A program made the translations under genes and the position numbers. Below, in pieces: positions 57,847-64,000 of a stretch of DNA of 64,000 bases. The number at the start of each line of letters is the position of its first letter. The first letter of the stretch is position 1. The stretch comes from an uncultured virus (IMG/VR IMGVR_UViG_3300010938_000023) (lineage: Duplodnaviria > Heunggongvirae > Uroviricota > Caudoviricetes): IMG/VR virus record IMGVR_UViG_3300010938_000023; one strand, written 5' to 3'. The notes under the pieces are model-generated. The model was not told the origin of the DNA, did not search any database, and saw nothing but the letters and a program-made list of their open reading frames with translations.

Positions 57847-60015
57847 ATGCCTGAAGAGGAAGCCCAGAAACAGTGGCTGGCCGGGGTGGGGTCCGGCACG
57901 GACCTGAGGCCACAGCTGCGGCTCAGCCCGGTCCCGTCCGATCCGTACGGGCCGCGGCTGGCCCAGCTGGAGCTACATGCAGGCCATTACTATCTCGGGC
58001 CCGGCCAACGGGCCCAGGCCCAGTTGGGGCCCGGCGAGGGTGAATGGGGCCCACCTAGCTGCTACCTGTTCAGTCGGCCCGCATTGGTCAGCTTGGACAG
58101 CTACGTATCAAGTGGGCCGACCAGCCCGCTGACCGTGCAACTGGTCACATTGACCAGCCAGCCGATCGGGCTCGGCCCGGTCCTGATCGAAGGGGTCCGG
58201 TACGAATCGGGCCAGCCGGTCCGGGTGCCCTGGCTACAGCTGGCGCAGCTGGCCCAAACGGTCAGTGGCCAGGTCCGGGCCGAAGGGGAACGGGTAGTCC
58301 TGTACCTGCCCTATAGCGGCCCGATCCTGCCCAGTGTCTCCACGGTGTATGGGGTCCAGGTCCAGACGCTTGCAACAGGCCCCTGGGTGAGCTTAGGGAC
58401 CGATCTGACCTGTGACCATAACCGTTTAACGTTCGGCCCAGCGGATGCCGCCAAGTATAGCGGGCTGACCGTTACGGTCCGATACCATATCGATCAGAGC
58501 TATGCCGTTCAGTGCACGGAAGATGCCCTTGCGACCGTGCAGATGACGGTCCAGCTGCTATGGACCCAGCCCCATTCCAGCCTATGGCTGGCCATGGACG
58601 CAGACGATCCGGAGCAGCTGTGGCAGTATGGTCGTGGCTTGATCAGCAATACCGGGTTTGAATCGAACCTAAACGGGTGGCAACTGGTCAGTAGCGGTGG
58701 AAGCACCGTCCAACGGACCACAACGGGCGCGTGGGAGGGGACGGCATGTGCCCAAGTGACGGGTACGACCCAACCGGGTGATGGGCTCTATACGGTCTGT
58801 AGTGTGAGTACGGGCCAGCCCTATACGCTTTCGGCCTGGCTCTGGAGCAGTCAATCGACCGGGCTGGTTGCCGTCGAGTATGGCCGGTACCGGGCCGTAT
58901 GGTCGCCGAGCCACCAGCCGGACCGGGGTCCGGGCCGCTGGCAGCGGATCGAGCTCGCGTTCCTAGCGGACAGCAGTGTCGCGACCATTGGGTTTCGGGC
59001 CCACCGGGCCTACAGCCAGTTCCGGGTCGATAAGGTCACGGTCGGCCCGGGCCTGAGATCGGGTCCGGACCGAGCCTACCTACCGCTCGGGCTGGATATG
59101 GACCCGAGCCGGACCGTGCTACCGGACCGGGCCGTGCTGTGCCTGGCCGAGGCCGCAGACCAGGCCAGCCTGGAGGTACAACGGATCGATCTGCAGCTGC
59201 ATCCCGCGATCCCCGTCCGAGTCGTGGGTGCGAGTGAGATGGTCGGGCCCCATACGCCCGATGTGCAGGTGCTCCTGAAGCTCTGGGACCTGCATGGCAA
59301 CCCGGTCTCAGGCTATACCCAAGCGACCGTGACCTGGAACGGGTCCGGGCTGGACCCGGTCCGGACCGGGCCCGGCACGGTCCATGCCAGTAATGCCCGA
59401 GGCGAGCTCCGGTACCGGTACGTGCCGAGCACGTCCGGGCTGGCAACGCTGATCGCGACGGCCGGGTCGGTCACACGGACCAGCTCAGTCTGGTGCCAGC
59501 CGCTGGTCGCGACCAGCGCGTTAGGCTGGTCCAACGTGGCGGGCCGTTGGGCGCATCGGGGCTGGAAGCTATTCCTGAGTCTGGACCCGGTCTGGCTGCC
59601 CTCGGGCCGGACCGGAACGGGCAGCAGCCTGTATCTGGTCCAGGCCCGTGTGACGGATATGGCGGGCTATCCGCTCACGGTCTGTACCCAGGCCAGTGCC
59701 GCGAGCTACGAGCCGATCCGGCCCTGGGTCACCTTCGAGCTCTATGGGTGCCAGCTCCGGGGCTGTACCCGGGGGCTAGGCCCGACGACGGGCCCCGCAC
59801 CCGGTCGGCCCGGGAGCTATCTGCGGGCCGAAAGCTGGCTGGGCCCGTTCAGTGGCTGCCTGCTCACGGCCGGGCTCGCAACCTGCCTGATCGAGCTGGC
59901 CGATCTGGACCAGGCTTGGGTCCGAGCCTATATTGAGGGCCAGATCGCCAGCCCGGTCACACTCTATTGGTATTCCGATTGGCTGCATCTGGCGGGTGCT
60001 CAGGCGGGCCGGTAA
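57847..60015 (+). CDS. Baseplate or fibre-associated protein with CBM4/9-like and Ig-like domains
   Basis: LISNTGFESNLNGW...YTLSAWL...WQRIELAF...VDKVTV is CBM4/9-like. LWDLHGNPVSG...SNARGELRYRY is Big_1-like. Confidence 0.6.
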   Translation: MPEEEAQKQWLAGVGSGTDLRPQLRLSPVPSDPYGPRLAQLELHAGHYYLGPGQRAQAQLGPGEGEWGPPSCYLFSRPALVSLDSYVSSGPTSPLTVQLVTLTSQPIGLGPVLIEGVRYESGQPVRVPWLQLAQLAQTVSGQVRAEGERVVLYLPYSGPILPSVSTVYGVQVQTLATGPWVSLGTDLTCDHNRLTFGPADAAKYSGLTVTVRYHIDQSYAVQCTEDALATVQMTVQLLWTQPHSSLWLAMDADDPEQLWQYGRGLISNTGFESNLNGWQLVSSGGSTVQRTTTGAWEGTACAQVTGTTQPGDGLYTVCSVSTGQPYTLSAWLWSSQSTGLVAVEYGRYRAVWSPSHQPDRGPGRWQRIELAFLADSSVATIGFRAHRAYSQFRVDKVTVGPGLRSGPDRAYLPLGLDMDPSRTVLPDRAVLCLAEAADQASLEVQRIDLQLHPAIPVRVVGASEMVGPHTPDVQVLLKLWDLHGNPVSGYTQATVTWNGSGLDPVRTGPGTVHASNARGELRYRYVPSTSGLATLIATAGSVTRTSSVWCQPLVATSALGWSNVAGRWAHRGWKLFLSLDPVWLPSGRTGTGSSLYLVQARVTDMAGYPLTVCTQASAASYEPIRPWVTFELYGCQLRGCTRGLGPTTGPAPGRPGSYLRAESWLGPFSGCLLTAGLATCLIELADLDQAWVRAYIEGQIASPVTLYWYSDWLHLAGAQAGR

Positions 60016-60128
60016 GTGGGGGCCGGGTGCCGAGGTGGGGGCCAGGCCCCGCTGGTGGTTCACCCGGAAACGGGGCCCCGGACCGTTTTGTAGCGTAGGG
60101 CGGGTGTAGGGTATAAAGCAGCACGACC

Positions 60129-61460
60129 ATGCGGATACAGTTAGGCTATAACCCTTGGTTTCAGCCGGGTCCGGGCCAGCACACGCTCTGCTGGTCAGAG
60201 CAGGTCCGGCCAGACCAGGTCCCATTAGCGTTGGTCCAGATGCCGCCGTTACGGCCCCTGGAGCTGATCGAGCTTCAGCCGATCCGGTCGGAGTTCGGGC
60301 TGCAGGGCCTGTACGAAAGTGCGACCGATCAGTGGTTCTTAGAGGTTCAGGACGGTTGGCACTGTGAGGTGGCCCAGACCGGTTATCAGCCAGACGATCC
60401 GCTATGGCTCCAGGGCCTATCGGCCGGTGACCTGTTATTCTATACGTTAGGCCCGGAATCGGCGGGCCAGGGCTGGTACCATCTGGTGCCCACAACGGTA
60501 GAGGGTCAACTGGTCGCAGTGCCCGGTACGGGCCAACGGTGGGTACTGGAATGGCGTGAACGGGCCCTGGTCCGTGACCCACACTGGCTCCAGGTGGACT
60601 ATCCGATCCTGCAGTGGGGCGAGTACGAGCCGGTCGGGACGGTAACGGTCAGCCCCCGGGAGGTCGAGGTCCCGTTCGGGCTCAAGCCGATTGTGGAGGA
60701 CGGGCAGGGCCAACGGCTGACCCTGAGGCAGGTGGTCCAGGACCAGCTCGAGCTGGTCGAGCCGGTCGGCCCGGACCAGGTGGTCCTGGTCAGCTATGTG
60801 CGGCAGGGCCATACTGTGATCTGGCCAGGCCACCCAAACGATGCGGACCCCGACACAGGCAATCGGCACTATCTCGCAGACCTCTGCCCATTGGCCGGGC
60901 ATGTCATGGAACGGTGGGTCCCACAATCGAGCCACTACCGGCTCGAGGGCCGAAATTGGGTTGAACGGACCTGGTACCTCTTGTTGCGGCCCAGCAGCTA
61001 CCATGATGTCAGTACCAACCGGCGGGTCGCACCGGAGCCGAACTATGAGGGCGGGCTGGGCTACCATAGCCTCATGGTCCGACCGGAGACGATGCTATCC
61101 GGCCCCTTGGTCGGCGATACCTGGCCGAGCGAGCCCCATACATTGGTGCTGGCTCGGATCGTGGTCCGGACCGATGCGTGCCTCCATGCGGTCCGGCTCT
61201 GGGACGTACGGCGGCGTGGCGGTGGGCTGGATCCCGCGTGGCTCAAGGAACGTGACCTGGGCCAGATACCGGACCTGTACAGCTATTGGGACCTCGGCCC
61301 GCTCGATGGCCCGCCCTATCAGGGGCATGGCTACCTGGTGATCGAGCTGCCCACAACGCTCCTGCGGGAGGCAGGTGGCCCGTTCACGGACGAAGAGGTC
61401 CGGCAGCGGATCGCAGCCTGCCTCCCAGCGGGCGTGTTCTGGCAGGTCCAGTACCGTTAG
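60129..61460 (+). CDS. Putative baseplate structural protein
   Basis: 443-aa ORF in the baseplate module with a C-terminal DVRRRGGGL...YWDLG...YLVIELP...LPAGV; upstream TATAAA at 60112-60117. Confidence 0.5.
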   Translation: MRIQLGYNPWFQPGPGQHTLCWSEQVRPDQVPLALVQMPPLRPLELIELQPIRSEFGLQGLYESATDQWFLEVQDGWHCEVAQTGYQPDDPLWLQGLSAGDLLFYTLGPESAGQGWYHLVPTTVEGQLVAVPGTGQRWVLEWRERALVRDPHWLQVDYPILQWGEYEPVGTVTVSPREVEVPFGLKPIVEDGQGQRLTLRQVVQDQLELVEPVGPDQVVLVSYVRQGHTVIWPGHPNDADPDTGNRHYLADLCPLAGHVMERWVPQSSHYRLEGRNWVERTWYLLLRPSSYHDVSTNRRVAPEPNYEGGLGYHSLMVRPETMLSGPLVGDTWPSEPHTLVLARIVVRTDACLHAVRLWDVRRRGGGLDPAWLKERDLGQIPDLYSYWDLGPLDGPPYQGHGYLVIELPTTLLREAGGPFTDEEVRQRIAACLPAGVFWQVQYR

Positions 61461-61511
61461 GTGAAACGGACCTGGGCGGTGTGGTTGAAGGGATGAGGCG
61501 CGGAATCGGCA

Positions 61512-64000
61512 ATGAAGCTAGTAGGTCCAATTGAGCTTGAAGACCGGCCGGGCAGCGGGCCGGCAGTGGAGCAGCTTCCAGTCCCGGGCCGGATCACGGG
61601 CCAGATGCAGCAACGGTACGAACGGCAGCTGGAATCGGAGCTGCAGCGGCTGTACCGGAACACGATCCGGCTGGAGCAGACGTGCCGGCAGTACCAGAGT
61701 ATCGCGCTGAGCGAGCTCGCATCGGTCCAGGACCAATTGGAACAGTTGGCCCGCCAGACGGACCAGGCCCGGTCACGAACACCCCAAGCGAGCCAGGGGT
61801 ACCAGATGCGGTACGGGCCGGACGAGTTCAGACGTGACACGGCCCGCACGTTAGCCTTAGAATCAGATGTACTGCTTTTAGTCAAGACGTTGGACCGCGA
61901 GTATGGTCCCCCTGCGCAAGCGACGGCCCGGGGCCTGGAGCCGGCAACCCTTACGGCCCGGTCCGTGGTGCGCAGCCCCGGTGGTCAGGCTCGGTGCGAG
62001 CTCAGGGTACGTGACCGTTACCCCTTAGGGTCGGGCCTGGGCCCGTACCTGTTCGATATCTCGATGGCGTTAGATGACGATCCCAGCACCTATTTCATGG
62101 ACGGGCTAGAGCTGCCGGCCGCGTTGGCGAGCCTGGCCAGCTTGGGGTCCGGCATCACGGACCCGGCCCGCAGTTGGGTTGCGTGGCTGCCACGTGAGTT
62201 AGGGCCCGAGGGGCAGGACCCGCAGCAAGCGGCCAGCTGGCTGATCAGTGTACGTTGGCAGTCCCGTCAGCAGTTCAATCGGGTCCGAGCCACGACCACC
62301 GCGTGCTCCGGACCCGCCTGGCTGGTTCGGGCCTATGCGTTGGTCGCGGAAGGCGCGATCACGAGCCTAGCGCGGACCGAGACCCAACTGACCCTAACGG
62401 ACAATGCGTTGGACCTGAGCCCCAGCCCGACCGGGCAGGACTATCTACTGGTGCTGTCCGGCAACCCGTTAGAGCCTGATCCGGTTGAGCAGATGGTGAG
62501 GCCGACCGTCGTCTCGGGCAGTACGATCCAGATCGAGCCGGGCCGATGGGGCGAGCCCTGGCCTGACCCCGTCTGGGTCGGCCAGCCGTATCGGCTGTAC
62601 CGCCAACTGGAACTAGACGGCAGTACCGTGACATGGTGCGGGCCGAACCCGCAGAAGCCCCAGGGCCCGCTCGAAGCGGACCTGACCGATGGCGGCCGGA
62701 CCGTACAGAGTTCCGAGCTGCTACTGGCCTGGAGCGTCTGGCACTACTGGTCGGACCGCTGGTCGGACCGGACCGGGCCCAGCTCAATCTGGTCCGAGCC
62801 GGTCCCGGGCGAACGCGACCATCGGACCCAGCTCGAACGGGCCCAACCGTTCTGGCAGCCGGCCCGGACCAGCCTGCCCCCGGAACTGCTGGACTATCTG
62901 GAAAGCCAGCCCGGGCCCAGCCCGGACCTGGCCCTGGAGCTGGGCCCGACCGATCAGGTGCCCGAGCTGGCCGAGAGTGGCCTCCAACGGGTCTGGAACC
63001 AGGTGCTGGCCGCACTGGCCCAGTCCGATACGGCCAGGTTCGATACGGGCATGAATACGGCCCGACAGGTCCGATACCAGTTCGGGCTATCCGAGCTCGA
63101 GCTCGAGCTCCGGACCTGGTATCCCGTCAGCTACTGGCTCTCGGACCTGCCGGGCCCGATGGACCGGTCGATGCGCCGGCTCCAGGTCAGCCTGAGCAGT
63201 TTGGCCTGTAGCGGTGCGACCGTGCATCTGTGGCTGGTGCCTCGACCCGGCCTGAGCCCGGTCGAGTTGGAGTACGATCAGACCGATTACTGGATCGGGC
63301 CACCGGAAGCGGCCTATAGCGGGGGTGGCGCCAGTCCGACCGAACGGTGGCTGACCGTCCCGTTAATGGAACGGACCGAATGGTTCAACGGGACAGACCA
63401 GGACCGAAGCTATAGCTTCTATCTACAGTACCCGATCTATACGGGTCGGGACCTGCCCGCATGCCAGCTCAAAGGGGGCCCCTGGGGCCAGTTCTATAAC
63501 CCTAACTGCCAGTCCTATAGCCTTACCGACCGGATCTATAGCCCAGCCAGCGATTTCGAGGCAACCTCAAGTACCACGGCGACCCTGATCGGGTCGATGT
63601 CGGAATGGATTACCCATGGCAGTGTCGTATTGGTGGATCAAGTAACGATCAATGGGAATACCTACTTGGCGAACCGCAACGTGGCCAGTATCGGGCGGGG
63701 GCCCTATAGCGTCTCGCTCTGTACGGTCTATGGCTGGTGTGCTCGGTTCATGCAGTCACTGGAAAATAGCCAATCGGCAATCACGTTACGGCCAGAATAC
63801 GAGATATGGCCGGTAGTGACCTATTTCTCAACCATGGTAGCCACGGCAAACATCGGGGCGACCCAGTACCAGCCGATGTTTCGGGCAACGATCGCGCGGA
63901 CCGAGGACGGCGAGGGCTATGTGGTGGAGTTCGGGCCGAACGGTACAGTTTCGATAGACCCACCCACGGGCTATTTTGAGGTACGGGCCTGGCAGCGGAA
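61512..64000 (+). CDS. Large structural protein, partial (3' end outside window)
   Basis: ATG 61512 opens MKLVGPIELEDRPG...; the same frame reads ...PTGYFEVRAWQR at the window end. The track lists no terminated ORF from this start, consistent with no stop before the edge. N-terminal coiled coil. Confidence 0.75.
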   Translation, partial: MKLVGPIELEDRPGSGPAVEQLPVPGRITGQMQQRYERQLESELQRLYRNTIRLEQTCRQYQSIALSELASVQDQLEQLARQTDQARSRTPQASQGYQMRYGPDEFRRDTARTLALESDVLLLVKTLDREYGPPAQATARGLEPATLTARSVVRSPGGQARCELRVRDRYPLGSGLGPYLFDISMALDDDPSTYFMDGLELPAALASLASLGSGITDPARSWVAWLPRELGPEGQDPQQAASWLISVRWQSRQQFNRVRATTTACSGPAWLVRAYALVAEGAITSLARTETQLTLTDNALDLSPSPTGQDYLLVLSGNPLEPDPVEQMVRPTVVSGSTIQIEPGRWGEPWPDPVWVGQPYRLYRQLELDGSTVTWCGPNPQKPQGPLEADLTDGGRTVQSSELLLAWSVWHYWSDRWSDRTGPSSIWSEPVPGERDHRTQLERAQPFWQPARTSLPPELLDYLESQPGPSPDLALELGPTDQVPELAESGLQRVWNQVLAALAQSDTARFDTGMNTARQVRYQFGLSELELELRTWYPVSYWLSDLPGPMDRSMRRLQVSLSSLACSGATVHLWLVPRPGLSPVELEYDQTDYWIGPPEAAYSGGGASPTERWLTVPLMERTEWFNGTDQDRSYSFYLQYPIYTGRDLPACQLKGGPWGQFYNPNCQSYSLTDRIYSPASDFEATSSTTATLIGSMSEWITHGSVVLVDQVTINGNTYLANRNVASIGRGPYSVSLCTVYGWCARFMQSLENSQSAITLRPEYEIWPVVTYFSTMVATANIGATQYQPMFRATIARTEDGEGYVVEFGPNGTVSIDPPTGYFEVRAWQR

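Larger units (their letters stand above)
1..64000 (+). mobile_element. Structural gene region of a large myovirus-like phage or prophage
   Basis: Co-oriented run of protease, major capsid, sheath, tube, tape-measure-like, hub, gp25-like and baseplate-J genes. No host housekeeping genes seen. A capsid gene is present, so this is not a capsid-less contractile injection system. Confidence 0.95.

Noticed and set aside
47..63963. Numerous minus-strand and alternate-frame ORFs of 60-230 aa
   Set aside because: They overlap long + strand genes and are P/G/R/A-rich shadows of GC- and GGNCC-rich DNA with no recognisable motifs.
61461..64000. Apparently non-coding or stop-recoded final 2.5 kb
   Set aside because: A + strand frame from ATG 61512 runs off the window end, so the track omits it. 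TAG, TGA and TAA all end genes normally elsewhere.

Overview
The whole 64 kb window is the virion morphogenesis region of a large, GC-rich (about two-thirds G+C by eye) contractile-tailed phage or prophage. Every credible gene is on the + strand and uses the standard code (TAA, TAG and TGA all act as stops). Gene order: collagen-like fibre (partial); two paralogous G8/beta-helix-like spike proteins; prohead protease-scaffold; head decoration; HK97-fold major capsid; Ig/FN3-decorated neck proteins interrupted by an amidase plus holin-like pair; a sheath-like paralogue; tail terminator; tail sheath; three tube-fold paralogues; two chaperones; two giant tape-measure-like proteins separated by an HNH cassette; a carbohydrate-binding protein; a 2040-aa hub; an NlpC/P60 hydrolase; spike, wedge and baseplate-J genes; further baseplate proteins running off the end. 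I recognised no terminase, portal, integrase, tRNA or CRISPR array. Most notable: (i) three giant virion proteins carry nuclease-fold domains (one apparently intact DEDDh exonuclease, two degenerate thermonuclease folds, one degenerate PD-(D/E)XK-like fold); (ii) a roughly 270-nt intergenic region after the capsid gene folds into long G-U-rich stems with an anti-Shine-Dalgarno-like loop; (iii) strong GGNCC over-representation with GCGC avoidance and unexpectedly common TTA codons. All product calls come from recognising motifs and gene order by eye; no database searches were run.
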